Position numbers and translations under genes: made by a program
Shown: positions 1 through 9,379 of the stretch, in pieces
How the letters are laid out: each line of letters begins with the position of its first letter
Position numbering within the stretch: the first letter of the stretch is position 1
The notes under the pieces: model-generated
Seen by the model: the letters and a program-made list of their open reading frames with translations, nothing else
Databases searched by the model: none
Told to the model about the DNA's origin: nothing
DNA from: Actinomycetota bacterium
GTDB lineage: Bacteria; Actinomycetota; Acidimicrobiia; Acidimicrobiales; JAJPHD01
Direction: 5' to 3'
Assembly (NCBI GenBank): GCA_021325455.1
Contig: JAJPHD010000001.1
Coordinates: 28,306-92,305, forward strand
Length of the DNA: 64,000 nt

Positions 1-1
1 A

Positions 2-667
2 CACCGCCACCACCGGCAGGCGGCGCTGCTTCAGCCGCTCCAGCTCGGCTGTGAGGTCGGCCTTGCGGGCCAGGCTGGCGACCCTCCAGATCCCGAGAGG
101 GTTGTGCACGACGTTGGGGACCAGGTCCTCGAGCACGGCCGGGAGGGCCTTGAGCAGGGGGCGCACGCCCACCAGGTCCAGGGGGAGGCGGGCCCCCCAC
201 TCCCACCAGGGCCGCTCGGCGAGGAGCCGGACCCGGGCCTCCCGAACGGCCCAGACGGGGCCCCCGAGGGAGTTGACCAGCACCAGGCAGCGGACCCGCC
301 CCGGGTAGTCGTGGGCCACCTGGGTGGCCACGCCTCCCCCGAAGGAGTGGCCCACGACGAAGGCCGGCTCCTCCAGGCCGATGGCCCCGAGGAACCGGTC
401 GACCCACCTCGCGTAGCCGCCGAAGGAGAGGTCCGGCCCTGACAGGTCGGCGGATCCGCCGAAGCCGGGCAGGGCCGGCGCCACCACCCGGCAACCCAGG
501 CGCACCAGCCGCTTGAGGGCCCGCTTGTAGCTGTGCTGGCCCAGGCCCCACCCGTGCAGGAAGACCACGGGCAGTCCCTGGCCTGCCTCCCCGTACACGG
601 TGGGGCGCCCGGCCACGATCGTGCGCCGCCACACCAGGTGGTAGGCACAGTCGGCGTCGGTCCCCAT
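2..667 (-). CDS. Alpha/beta fold hydrolase (3' end runs off window edge)
   Basis: Manual translation (not in the ORF track): MGTDADCAYHLVWRRTIVAGRPTVYGEAGQGLPVVFLHGWG...APALPGFGGS...GHSFGG nucleophile elbow. TACAGT -10 box lies 7 nt upstream of the ATG. Confidence 0.85.
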   Translation of the reverse strand, partial: MGTDADCAYHLVWRRTIVAGRPTVYGEAGQGLPVVFLHGWGLGQHSYKRALKRLVRLGCRVVAPALPGFGGSADLSGPDLSFGGYARWVDRFLGAIGLEEPAFVVGHSFGGGVATQVAHDYPGRVRCLVLVNSLGGPVWAVREARVRLLAERPWWEWGARLPLDLVGVRPLLKALPAVLEDLVPNVVHNPLGIWRVASLARKADLTAELERLKQRRLPVVAV

Positions 668-759
668 CGGGGGGACTGTACCCAGCCCGCCCGCGCCAAC
701 CCCGGACCCCCCGATAGCATGGTGCCGGCATCTACAGCCGTACCTGTGAGGACTCTGAC

Positions 760-1797
760 GTGGCGAAATCGCAGCGGGGTGTGCGTGCCCCTTCCGTGTC
801 CACTCCCGCCGGGCGCAGGAGCACCCAACCGGGACGGCCCGGCTCCCCGCCCCGCCGACCGGGAGCAGGCCCCACCCGGGGTGGCCGGGCCCGCCCTTCC
901 CCCGGACAGGGGTGGCGCCCCCACCCGGCCATGGTGGCGGTCGTGGCCGGCGCCCTGGTCGTGGTGATCGTGGGCGCCATCCTCGGCTACAAGTTCGCCG
1001 GCAGCGGGGGGACCACCAAGGTCTCGGCGGCCAACGCCGCCCCTGCCGATGTCGTGGCGGCGGCCACCCACCTCTCCGCCGCCGACCTCACCAAGGCCGG
1101 CCTGGGCTCACCCGGCTCGGTCTTCCCGCCCCGTCCCATCAAGGGGGGCCAGCCCCCCCTCACCAAGGACGGCAAGCCCGAGGTCCTCTACATGGGAGCC
1201 GAGTACTGCCCCTACTGCGCTGCCACCCGTTGGCCCCTGGTCGTGGCCTTGTCCCGGTTCGGCACCTTCTCGGGGCTCAAGGCCACCCATTCCAGCAGCA
1301 CAGACGTCTACCCCAACACGGCCACGTTCAGCTTCTACGGGTCCAGCTACAGGTCGAAGTACCTGAGCTTCGTCCCCGTGGAGATGAACAAGAACAAGGC
1401 CGTCAACGGCAACTACCCAACCCTCCAGGTGCCCACCAAGCAGCAGTCCGCCCTCCTGGCCAAGTACGACAGCCCGCCCTATGTGCCCCAAGCCGACCAG
1501 GACGGCATCCCCTTCATAGACTTCGCCAACCGCTACCTGCTGAGCGGCACCCTCTATGACCCTCAGGTCCTCCAGGGGCTCTCCATGGGGACCATCGCCG
1601 GCAGCCTCTCCCTGCCCACCTCTCCCCAGGGCAGGGCCATCGATGCCTCGGCCAACTACCTGACGGCCACCATCTGCGAGGTCACCCACAACCGCCCGGC
1701 AAGCGTCTGCTCCAGCTCCGTCGTGGCCAAGGCCGAGGCGGCCCTCAACAAGGCGCACGCCGCCGGCAAGTCCTCCAAGGCCAAGTCAGGCAAGTGA
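760..1797 (+). CDS. DUF929-family membrane-anchored thioredoxin-fold protein
   Basis: Basic N-terminus, one TM helix, [15 protein letters not shown] motif, IPFIDF cis-Pro-like loop, C-terminal Cys pair. Confidence 0.8.
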   Translation: MAKSQRGVRAPSVSTPAGRRSTQPGRPGSPPRRPGAGPTRGGRARPSPGQGWRPHPAMVAVVAGALVVVIVGAILGYKFAGSGGTTKVSAANAAPADVVAAATHLSAADLTKAGLGSPGSVFPPRPIKGGQPPLTKDGKPEVLYMGAEYCPYCAATRWPLVVALSRFGTFSGLKATHSSSTDVYPNTATFSFYGSSYRSKYLSFVPVEMNKNKAVNGNYPTLQVPTKQQSALLAKYDSPPYVPQADQDGIPFIDFANRYLLSGTLYDPQVLQGLSMGTIAGSLSLPTSPQGRAIDASANYLTATICEVTHNRPASVCSSSVVAKAEAALNKAHAAGKSSKAKSGK

Positions 1798-2327
1798 CGA
1801 CCCGGCCCGCCGTCGCCCCGACCACCCGTGTCCCCGGGCCGCCGGAGGCTGCGGACCAGGCCCTCCCCGTCGTCTCGAGGTGGCTGCCCTGGGCGGCGGT
1901 GCTGGTGGCAATGGCCGGCGTGGCCGTGGCCTCCTACCTCACCTACGCCCACTTCACCACCGCCGCCGTCCTCTCCTGCCCCGACACCGGCGTGGTCAAC
2001 TGCACCAAGGTGACCACCAGCCCCGAGTCCGTGATCTTCGGTGTCATCCCCGTGGCCGTGCTGGGCCTCGCCTACTTCTTGGCCATGGTCGGTCTCAACC
2101 TCCCCTGGTCGTGGGAGGCCCGGGGGCGAGCCGGGGCCTGGCTGGCCAGGATCCGCCTGGCGGGGGCGGTCGTGGGCATCGGGTTCGTGCTCTACCTCGT
2201 GAGCATGGAGATCCTGGTCATCGGGGCCATCTGCATCTACTGCACGGTGGTCCACGTCCTCACCTTCGGCCTCCTGCTCCTGGTGGCAGCAGGCACCGCC
2301 CAAAGGGGGCTGGAGGCCTGGGAATAG
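1794..2327 (+). CDS. Vitamin K epoxide reductase (VKOR) family protein
   Basis: About four to five TM segments, loop Cys pair CPDTGVVNC...S, active-site CIYC. GTGA overlap with the upstream gene. Confidence 0.9.
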   Translation: MTTRPAVAPTTRVPGPPEAADQALPVVSRWLPWAAVLVAMAGVAVASYLTYAHFTTAAVLSCPDTGVVNCTKVTTSPESVIFGVIPVAVLGLAYFLAMVGLNLPWSWEARGRAGAWLARIRLAGAVVGIGFVLYLVSMEILVIGAICIYCTVVHVLTFGLLLLVAAGTAQRGLEAWE

Positions 2328-2364
2328 GCTCCGGGCGGGGCCCGGGCGCTGCGGAGCTCCCTAC

Positions 2365-2628
2365 TCAGTGCAGCCGCCGGGCCAGGACGGCCTTGCGCTC
2401 CAGCTCGTTGAGCCCTCCCCAGATCCCATGGGGCTCCCTGATCCGCAGGGCGTAGTCCAAGCAGTCCTGGCGCACCGGGCAGCCGGCGCAGATGGCCTTG
2501 GCCCGCGCTTCGCGGTCGCGCTTCTCGTCCTTGCGCTCGAAGTGGGCCGGCGGGAAGAAGATGGACGCATGGGGCCCCCGGCACGCAGCCCTCGCCTGCC
2601 ACAGTTCATCGGCATGCTGAACGGTCAC
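2365..2628 (-). CDS. whiB: WhiB-family Fe-S transcriptional regulator (WhiB3/WhiD-like)
   Basis: WQARAAC...FFP...CxxC...C and GIWGG motif. Confidence 0.93.
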   Translation of the reverse strand: MTVQHADELWQARAACRGPHASIFFPPAHFERKDEKRDREARAKAICAGCPVRQDCLDYALRIREPHGIWGGLNELERKAVLARRLH

Positions 2629-2769
2629 TCCGCCCCCCTGGGGTGCTCCCTGGGCTAGATAAGGTTGGTGGTCACCCTACCCCTGGCAGCCAGGCCCCAA
2701 CAAGAGGTGATTTACGGAAACTGACCCGTGGCGTGGGCCTCCGCCCTCCCTGGGTACGCTCGGCACGGC

Positions 2770-3774
2770 ATGGACATAGCTGCCTGGTGCCGCCAGGCCC
2801 GGATCCTCATCGTCGCCGGCAAGGGCGGGGTCGGCAAGACCACCGTGTCTGCCTCCCTTGCCGTCATGGCAGCCCGGGTGGGCCTCAACGTGCTGGTCGT
2901 CCAGCTGGAGGGGGAGGGGAGCGTGGCCAGCGCCCTCGGCCACCCCGGCCCCATCGGCTACGAGGAGGTGGTCCTGCGCTCCGAGGGGGATGAGGGGCTC
3001 GTCCGGGCCCGGGCCATCACCCCCGACGAGGCCCTGCTCGAGTACCTGGCCGATCACGGGCTCCGGGCGGTGTCCAAGCGGCTGCTCTCCTCGGGGACCA
3101 TCGACGTCATCTCCACCGCCATCCCCGGCATCCGGGACATCCTCGTCCTGGGCAAGGTCAAGCAGCTGGAGAGGACCGACGGAGCGGACCTGATACTGAT
3201 CGACGCCCCTGCCACCGGCCATGCCCTCACGTTCCTCGGCTCGGCCGCCGGCCTGGTGGACGTGGCCAAGGTGGGGCCCATCCGGGTGCAGGCCAGCGAG
3301 GTGGGCGACCTGCTGCGGGACCCGGCCCGCTGCCAGGTCCTGGTGGTCACCCTGCCGGAGGAGACCCCCGTGAACGAGGCGGTCGAGACAGCCGGCCGGC
3401 TGGAGGGATCGGTGGGCATGACCCTGGCCGGCGTCGTCGTGAACGGCCGCTACCAGGAGCTGGAGGGGCTGGGCGCCAACCCCGAGGAGGCGGCGGCCGC
3501 CGTGGGAGGGCGCCTCGACCCGGCCCATGCCCGGGTGCTCAGGGAGGCGGCGCAGTTCCGCCTGCAGCGCCAGCGGCTCCAGGCGGAGCAGGCCGACCGG
3601 CTGGCCCGGTCACTGGCCGTCCCCATGCTGGAGGTCCCCTACCTGTTCACCACCGAGATCGGCCCCGGTGAGATCGACCACCTGGCCACCGCCCTGTCGG
3701 AAGCGGTGGCGGGGCTCCCCGAGCCAGAGCCTGAAGCTCAACTGGAGCCCGAGGCCGCGGCGGCAGAACGGTGA
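2770..3774 (+). CDS. ArsA/Get3-like ATPase, subunit 1 (Rv3679-like)
   Basis: GKGGVGKTT, DAPATGH, PEETPVNE. Start placed at ATG 2770. Confidence 0.88.
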   Translation: MDIAAWCRQARILIVAGKGGVGKTTVSASLAVMAARVGLNVLVVQLEGEGSVASALGHPGPIGYEEVVLRSEGDEGLVRARAITPDEALLEYLADHGLRAVSKRLLSSGTIDVISTAIPGIRDILVLGKVKQLERTDGADLILIDAPATGHALTFLGSAAGLVDVAKVGPIRVQASEVGDLLRDPARCQVLVVTLPEETPVNEAVETAGRLEGSVGMTLAGVVVNGRYQELEGLGANPEEAAAAVGGRLDPAHARVLREAAQFRLQRQRLQAEQADRLARSLAVPMLEVPYLFTTEIGPGEIDHLATALSEAVAGLPEPEPEAQLEPEAAAAER

Positions 3775-4841
3775 GCGGGCTGGCGGAGCTGGTCGGGCAG
3801 CGCTCGGTCATCGTCTGCTGCGGGTCGGGGGGAGTGGGCAAGACCACCACCGCCGCCGCCATCGCCCTGCGGGCCGCCGAGGAGGGCCGGCGGGCCTGCG
3901 TGGTCACCATCGACCCGGCCAAGCGCCTGGCCGACGCCTTGGGCCTGGAGGCATTGACCAACGCCCCCAAGCTGGTGGAGGGCCAGTGGCCGGGGGAGCT
4001 CTGGGCCCTCATGCTCGACACCAAGGGGACCTTCGACGACCTGGTGAGCCGGTACGCGGCGGACCCCGGGCAGGCGGAGAACATCCTCACCAACCGGGTC
4101 TATCGCAACCTGTCGAGCGCCCTTTCGGGGACCCAGGAGTACATGGCCTCGGAGAAGCTCTACGAGCTGCACGAGGAGGAGCGCTTCGACCTGGTCGTGG
4201 TGGACACCCCGCCAACCCGCAACGCCCTCGACTTCATCGATGCCCCCCGACGGCTGCTCCGCTTCCTCGACAACCGGGTCTTCCGCTTCGTGATGACCCC
4301 CACCCGGACCTACCTGAGAGCGGTCTCCGTCGCCACCAGGACCATCCTGCGCACCATCTCCAAGGTGGTCGGGGCCGAGGTGGTGGAGGACGCCGTCACC
4401 TTCTTCCAGGCCTTCGAGGGCATGGAGGAGGGCTTCAGGGCCCGGGCCCAGCGGGTCATGGAGCTGCTGCGCAGCAAGGACTGCGCCTTCGTCCTGGTGG
4501 CCTCCCCCCGTACCGACACCGTGGCCGAGGCCCTCTTCTTCGCCGACAAGCTGGCCGATGCCGGCATCGAGGTCCAGGGCCTGGTAGTCAACCGTCTCCA
4601 CCCCCGCTTCCCCGAGCAGGGACCCTCGACAGGCCCCGCCGAACCGAGGGGGGAGGGGGGGCTGGCCGTGCTGGAGCGCAACCTGGCCGACTTCCGGGCG
4701 GTGGCCGAGCGGGAGGAGTCGAACCTGGCCGTGCTGGCGGAGAGGGTCTCCCCGGCGCCGGTGGCGAGGATCCCCTTCCTCGCCGGTGATGTCCACGACC
4801 TGGACGGGCTGGCCCAGATAGCCGACCATCTCTTCGGCTGA
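3771..4841 (+). CDS. ArsA/Get3-like ATPase, subunit 2 (Rv3680-like)
   Basis: CCGSGGVGKTT, TIDPAKRLA, DTPPTRNALDF. Overlaps the upstream gene by 4 nt. Confidence 0.9.
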   Translation: MSGLAELVGQRSVIVCCGSGGVGKTTTAAAIALRAAEEGRRACVVTIDPAKRLADALGLEALTNAPKLVEGQWPGELWALMLDTKGTFDDLVSRYAADPGQAENILTNRVYRNLSSALSGTQEYMASEKLYELHEEERFDLVVVDTPPTRNALDFIDAPRRLLRFLDNRVFRFVMTPTRTYLRAVSVATRTILRTISKVVGAEVVEDAVTFFQAFEGMEEGFRARAQRVMELLRSKDCAFVLVASPRTDTVAEALFFADKLADAGIEVQGLVVNRLHPRFPEQGPSTGPAEPRGEGGLAVLERNLADFRAVAEREESNLAVLAERVSPAPVARIPFLAGDVHDLDGLAQIADHLFG

Positions 4842-4862
4842 GCGCTGGGCCGGGACCGGGCC

Positions 4863-5225
4863 CTAGGGCCGGGGCTCGCCAGCCTGCTCCTCGCCAGCGA
4901 GGGACGCGGCAGCCTCCGCCACCGTGTCGGCCACGGTGACGATGCGGTCGAAGCCCGTGGTGCGCAGGAGGCGCACCAGCTGGGGCCGGTTGCAGCTCAC
5001 CGCCACGTCACCTCCCAGCTCGCGGGCCCTCCTGATGCCCCCGATCAGGGCCCCGAGCCCGGCCGAGTCGATGAACGGCACGCCCGCCAGGTCGATGACC
5101 AGGCGGGGAGTGGTGGCCAGCTCGGCCAGGACCTGGCGGAACTGGCCCACGGTGAAGGCATCCAGCTCCCCCGCCGGCCTGCATACCGTGTAGCCGTCTG
5201 CCTCTTCGACGCGGATGTCCAGCAC
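4863..5225 (-). CDS. STAS-domain anti-sigma factor antagonist
   Basis: GELD...IDLAGVPFIDSAGLGAL with phospho-acceptor Ser. GGAGG RBS upstream. Confidence 0.9.
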   Translation of the reverse strand: MLDIRVEEADGYTVCRPAGELDAFTVGQFRQVLAELATTPRLVIDLAGVPFIDSAGLGALIGGIRRARELGGDVAVSCNRPQLVRLLRTTGFDRIVTVADTVAEAAASLAGEEQAGEPRP

Positions 5226-5387
5226 GGGCGACCTCCTCCGGGTGTGCGTTGAGACGCCGAGGGTGGCCGGCGCCGAGTTCGCCGGATCGTAACCGACCAG
5301 GTGCCACCGCTAGGCTAGCGGCCCTGGGCGCCCCAGCCCAGAGCCCAGGCTCAGCTGGGCCGTTGACCGAGGTCCGGGAGGAGGGCG

Positions 5388-5837
5388 GTGGCAGGCAACC
5401 ACCATGACAGTGAAGGCGCAGGCGACGTCCTTCTCGTGAGCGACGAGGCCACCGTGCGGGAGGAGGTCCGCTCCGTGGTGGAGGGCCTGGGCCTGGGTGT
5501 GAACGAGGTGACCCGTGGGGCCGAGGTCACCCCCGAGGTGCAGCGCCACCCCTACCGGCTGGTGGTCCTGGACCTCCAGATCGGGAACATGGGGGGGATG
5601 GCGGCGTGCATGGACCTGAGGCTCGAGGAGTCGGGGGGCCGCCTCCCCCACGTCCCTGTCCTCATGCTGCTCGACCGGCGTGCGGACGTTTTCCTGGCCC
5701 GCCGGTCGGGCGCCGAGGGGTGGGTGGTGAAGCCGCTCGACCCGATCCGCCTCCGCAAGGCAGTGAAGGCCGTGCTGGCCGGGGACGTCTACCACGACCG
5801 CTCCTACCAGCCCGTGCCGTCCACTGCCGGCCGCTAA
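5388..5837 (+). CDS. Stand-alone response regulator receiver protein (Rv3143-like)
   Basis: VLLVSDE...VVLDLQIGNMGG...WVVKP, no output domain. Confidence 0.8.
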   Translation: MAGNHHDSEGAGDVLLVSDEATVREEVRSVVEGLGLGVNEVTRGAEVTPEVQRHPYRLVVLDLQIGNMGGMAACMDLRLEESGGRLPHVPVLMLLDRRADVFLARRSGAEGWVVKPLDPIRLRKAVKAVLAGDVYHDRSYQPVPSTAGR

Positions 5838-5866
5838 CATCGGGCCCGGGCCCCAGCGGGGGCCAG

Positions 5867-5944
5867 CGGGAAGTAGCGCAGCTTGGTTAGCGCGCAGCGT
5901 TCGGGACGCTGAGGTCGCGGGTTCAAATCCCGCCTTCCCGACCA
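5867..5944 (+). tRNA. tRNA-Pro (anticodon CGG)
   Basis: Acceptor stem CGGGAAG/CTTCCCG, anticodon arm CAGCG-TTCGGGA-CGCTG, T arm GCGGG-TTCAAAT-CCCGC, encoded CCA. Confidence 0.97.
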
Positions 5945-5962
5945 GGAAGGCCGCAGGTCGGC

Positions 5963-5981
5963 CCCCATCTCGGTGATGGGG
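5963..5981 (+). terminator. GC hairpin downstream of tRNA-Pro (possible terminator or processing stem)
   Basis: CCCCATC-TCGGT-GATGGGG. No U-tract. Confidence 0.35.
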
Positions 5982-6334
5982 CCCCAGCGGGTCTAGCCCC
6001 CCGGGCGCGATCCGTGCGGATCCCCGAAGTAGGTCCGAACCATCGCCTGGGCTGTCGCCCTATTGGCTTTGGGGACAGCCGGGAAGGTGGTGACCGTCGA
6101 CGGTCGCGCTGTCCATGAAGTTCGCCCTTCCGCCATAGCGACAAGCTAGGGCAGACAACGGACCAAGGACTGCGAGGCGACCGGGCTACAAGACTCGAGA
6201 GGAGCCCCAGAACCTCAGCTTGAACGCCGGGGGCGAGGGCACCGCGGTCACCACTGAGCTGAGTGGGGAGCATTCTGCGGAGCTGAGTGAGGACTGTCCG
6301 CCGGTGCGCTCCCTGCGGGACCGGTCCCAGCACG

Positions 6335-6493
6335 TCACAGTGGTTCGATCCGCTCAACGGTGGACACTCGACCCAATGATCGATCGAAGGAGGCGACCTT
6401 TCCGACTCCCGTGGTCTCAGCGCACGCCACGAGGTAAGCCTCAGCGAAGTCAACCCGGTCAGTCTCATAGACCTCGATGGCCCGAAGGAGCAG
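6335..6493 (-). pseudogene. C-terminal fragment of a PIN-domain (VapC-type) toxin
   Basis: Manual translation LLLRAIEVYETDRVDFAEAYLVACAETTGVGKVASFDRSLGRVSTVERIEPL*, with PIN-like DFAEAYLVA and SFD motifs. No start codon or N-terminal half. Confidence 0.75.
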
Positions 6494-6495
6494 GC

Positions 6496-7252
6496 TCCCT
6501 CCGAGCCCTCGTCATGGACCGCCCCGACGAGCTGACTGGGGTGATGATCGCCCGGCGGACCCAGACCAACGAGGCCGCCCGCTGCGCCGTCCTGCTGCCC
6601 GCGCTGGCGGCCCTGCCCCAACCCCTGGCCCTCCTTGAGGTCGGCGCGTCGGCTGGCCTCACCCTCCTTCCCGACCTGTACTCCTACGACTACGCCGGCC
6701 ATCGCGTTGACGGCCTCGACACCCAAGGACCGCTGCTGGCCTGCCGACCCTGTGGCCCAGTGCCACTCCCAGGTGCCGTCCCAGACGTGGCCTGGCGGGC
6801 CGGGATCGACCTGAACCCCCTCGACGCCGGCGACGAAGCCGACATCGCCTGGCTGGCGTGTCTCGTCTGGCCGGGCGAGAAGGGCAGGACCGAACGGCTC
6901 CATGCCGCCGCCGGCGTCGCCCGCCGGCACCCGCCTCGACTGCACCGAGGCGACCTGCTCGACGACCTGCCCGCCGTCGCCGCCCAGGCGCCCCCGGACG
7001 CCACGCTCGTCGTGTACCACACCGCCGTACTCGCCTACGTCGAGCAAGCCAGGCGGCAGGCCTTCGCCGCGGCCGTGGCCGCCCCTCGGCGCCGTGTGGC
7101 TCTCCAACGAGGCGCCGGGCGTCCTCCCCGGCGCCGGCGAGGACCAGCCACCCAACGGGTTCCTGTTGATCCGCGACGGCAGTGACCTCCTCGCTCGCAC
7201 CGATCCCCACGGGACATGGATCGAGTGGATGCCAGGTTCGGGAGGCCGCTAG
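6496..7252 (+). pseudogene. DUF2332-family gene remnant, 5'-truncated and frameshifted
   Basis: RRTQTNEAARC...LLEVGASAGL...GIDLNPLD...WLACLVWP. The family-type C-terminus (VWLSNEAPGV...LARTDPHGTWIEW) is in another frame, with the shift at the C4 run 7082-7085. Confidence 0.8.
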
Positions 7253-7409
7253 CCGATCCGGGACGGACTTGGGCGACCTTGAGCCGTTGCCTCAGCTGGC
7301 GGGGAGCTCCTCGCTCAGCTCCCGTTCCAGCGCGTGATGGGGGGCTTCGCCGGGTTCCACCTGTCCACCGGGAAGGCCCCAGACCTCAGGGGGCTCCTGA
7401 CGCTCGATA

Positions 7410-7422
7410 CGCCTTCCCGACC
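7410..7422 (+). repeat. 13-bp direct repeat of the tRNA-Pro 3' end (putative attR)
   Basis: Exact match CGCCTTCCCGACC to 5931-5943. Confidence 0.65.
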
Positions 7423-7497
7423 GGCCAGGCTCGGGGGTGGGCCGCCCCGGCACGCCCCGGGCTGGCCGTCCGGCCCGCAGCGCCGTTACCCGGGCCT

Positions 7498-8337
7498 CTA
7501 GGCCAGCTCTCTCAGAGCCCCCGCCAGCGGCTCCAGCACCCGAGGGTCGTGGGGGGGCGGCAGGTAGATGACGGCCAGGTCCAAGCCGGCCTCCCCCAGG
7601 GCCGCCACGGCCCCCGCCGTGGCCTTGGGATCGCCTCCCGGCGCCAACCGCACATGGCTCGAGACCAGGATCTCCCCCGGGTCCCGGCCCAGGTCGGCAC
7701 AGTGCCGGTGCAGGACCTCCAGCTTGTGGCGCAGCTCATCGGGGCTGCCTCCCACGAAGTTCCAGTGCTGGGCGAAGCGGGCCGCCGTCCGCAGCGTCCG
7801 CCTCTCCCCGCTCCCGCCTATGCAGATGGGGGGGTGGGGCCGCTGCAGGGGCTTGGGCTCGCAGCGGGCCCCGGTGAGGCGGTAGTAGGTGCCGGAGAAG
7901 TCTGTGGTCTCCTGGGTGAGCAGCCCCATCAGCACCTGGCAGGCCTCCTCGAGGCGGTCGCTGCGCTCACCGGGAGTGCCCAGCTCTATGCCATAGGCCC
8001 CGGACTCCTCCTCGTTCCAGCCCGCTCCGATGCCGAGCTCCAGCCGGCCGCCCGAGATGACGTCCAGGGTGGCGGCCATGTTGGCGAGGACTGCCGGGTG
8101 GCGGTAGTGGATGCCTGTCACCAGCACCCCCAACCGCAGCCGGCGGGTGGCCTGGGCCAGCGCCGTTAGGGTGGTCCACCCTTCCAGGCACGGGCCGGCC
8201 GAGTCTGAGAAGATCGGGTAGAAGTGGTCGAAGGTCCATCCCGACTCGAACAGGTCGATGTCATCCGCTGCCCGCCAGACGGCCAACATGTCTGCCCAGG
8301 TGGTGAGTTGAGGAGCTGTCTTGAACGCGAATCGCAT
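7498..8337 (-). CDS. LLM-class (probably F420-dependent) oxidoreductase
   Basis: WTFDHFYP, YRHPAVLANMAATLD, ELGIGAGW, PPICIGGSGE. Confidence 0.9.
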   Translation of the reverse strand: MRFAFKTAPQLTTWADMLAVWRAADDIDLFESGWTFDHFYPIFSDSAGPCLEGWTTLTALAQATRRLRLGVLVTGIHYRHPAVLANMAATLDVISGGRLELGIGAGWNEEESGAYGIELGTPGERSDRLEEACQVLMGLLTQETTDFSGTYYRLTGARCEPKPLQRPHPPICIGGSGERRTLRTAARFAQHWNFVGGSPDELRHKLEVLHRHCADLGRDPGEILVSSHVRLAPGGDPKATAGAVAALGEAGLDLAVIYLPPPHDPRVLEPLAGALRELA

Positions 8338-8350
8338 GGAAACACCGTAA

Positions 8351-9370
8351 GTGCTGGGCGCCGGCTGGCCTACTGAGCCGCTCCCGCCCCCGGGCGGGGA
8401 GAGCGTCGCCCTCTCGGTCCTCGCCTACCTCCTTGGCTTCCTGGCCGCCCTGTGCAACGGCCTGGCCAACGTGGCCCAGCGGGCCGCCAACCGCGACATC
8501 CCCTCCGAGCACCAGCTCTCGATCCGGCTCCTCCTGGACCTGGTGCGCAGGCCGGTCTGGCTGGCCGGCATCGCCGCCGTGATGCTCTCCTTCATGCTCC
8601 AGGCCACCGGCCTGGGCTTCGGAACCCTGGCCGCCATCGAGCCCCTCCTCGTGCTCGAGCTGCCTCTCACCCTCATCGGGGCCCGCTTTCTCCTGGGCGA
8701 GCGGCTGGGCCCCCGGGCCTGGTGGAGCATCGTGGCCATGACCGGGGGGACGATCGCCTTGATCGTCTTCCTCGGCCCCTCGGGTGGGGAGCCGGTCGGC
8801 ATCCCCTGGTGGGTGTGGACGGCGGCCATCGTGGCCACCGTCGCCGCCGTCCTGGCCCTCTACGTGGGCGCCCGGCGCACGGCCGACCCGGCCCGCCGCT
8901 CGGCCCTGCTGGGGGCGGCAACCGGAACCGCCTTCGGGCTGGCGGCCTCGCTCACCAAGGGGATGACCGAGCAGTTCTCCAATGGCGGGATGGTCGGCAT
9001 CTTCACCTCCTGGCAGCTGTACCTGGCCTTTGCCACCGGCTTCTTCGCCATGTGGATGCTGCAGAACGCCCTCAACGCCGGGCGCCTGGTGGTGGCCCAG
9101 CCCGGCATCACCCTCGCCGACCCCTACGTCTCGATCATCTGGGGCGCCCTGGTGTTCGGCGAGACCATGCGGGGCGGGTACTTCATCCTCCTCGCCATCC
9201 TGGCCGGCGGGATCATGACCGCGGCCACCCTGGTCCTCGCCCGCTCGCCCGCCTGGCAGGCAGGGCAGCCCGGCTCGTCTGACAACGGCGGGGAGGCCAA
9301 GGAGAGGCCGGGCGACCAGGGAGAGGCGGGAGAGGGGACCGGCTGGGTGAGCGCCAGCTCCCAGAGCTGA
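8351..9370 (+). CDS. DMT-superfamily membrane transporter
   Basis: About nine to ten TM helices, VRRPVWLAG and LAAIEPLL motifs. Start uncertain. Confidence 0.75.
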   Translation: MLGAGWPTEPLPPPGGESVALSVLAYLLGFLAALCNGLANVAQRAANRDIPSEHQLSIRLLLDLVRRPVWLAGIAAVMLSFMLQATGLGFGTLAAIEPLLVLELPLTLIGARFLLGERLGPRAWWSIVAMTGGTIALIVFLGPSGGEPVGIPWWVWTAAIVATVAAVLALYVGARRTADPARRSALLGAATGTAFGLAASLTKGMTEQFSNGGMVGIFTSWQLYLAFATGFFAMWMLQNALNAGRLVVAQPGITLADPYVSIIWGALVFGETMRGGYFILLAILAGGIMTAATLVLARSPAWQAGQPGSSDNGGEAKERPGDQGEAGEGTGWVSASSQS

Positions 9371-9379
9371 CCGTTCGGC

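Larger units (their letters stand above)
5945..7422. mobile_element. Decayed integrative island at the tRNA-Pro 3' end
   Basis: CGCCTTCCCGACC occurs at 5931-5943 (tRNA end) and again at 7410-7422. The interval is visibly less GC-rich in part and contains only broken genes. No integrase seen. Confidence 0.6.

Noticed and set aside
2770..4841. Arsenite resistance ATPase
   Set aside because: No arsB/acr3/arsC/arsR nearby. The two-gene layout and motifs fit the Rv3679/3680 type.
5990..6330. Integrase remnant next to tRNA-Pro
   Set aside because: The frames I translated by eye showed no tyrosine or serine recombinase motifs. BLASTx would be needed.
6220..7185. 321-aa ORF as an intact gene
   Set aside because: The N-terminal part is antisense PIN remnant or noise, and the tail after about 7083 is out of frame.
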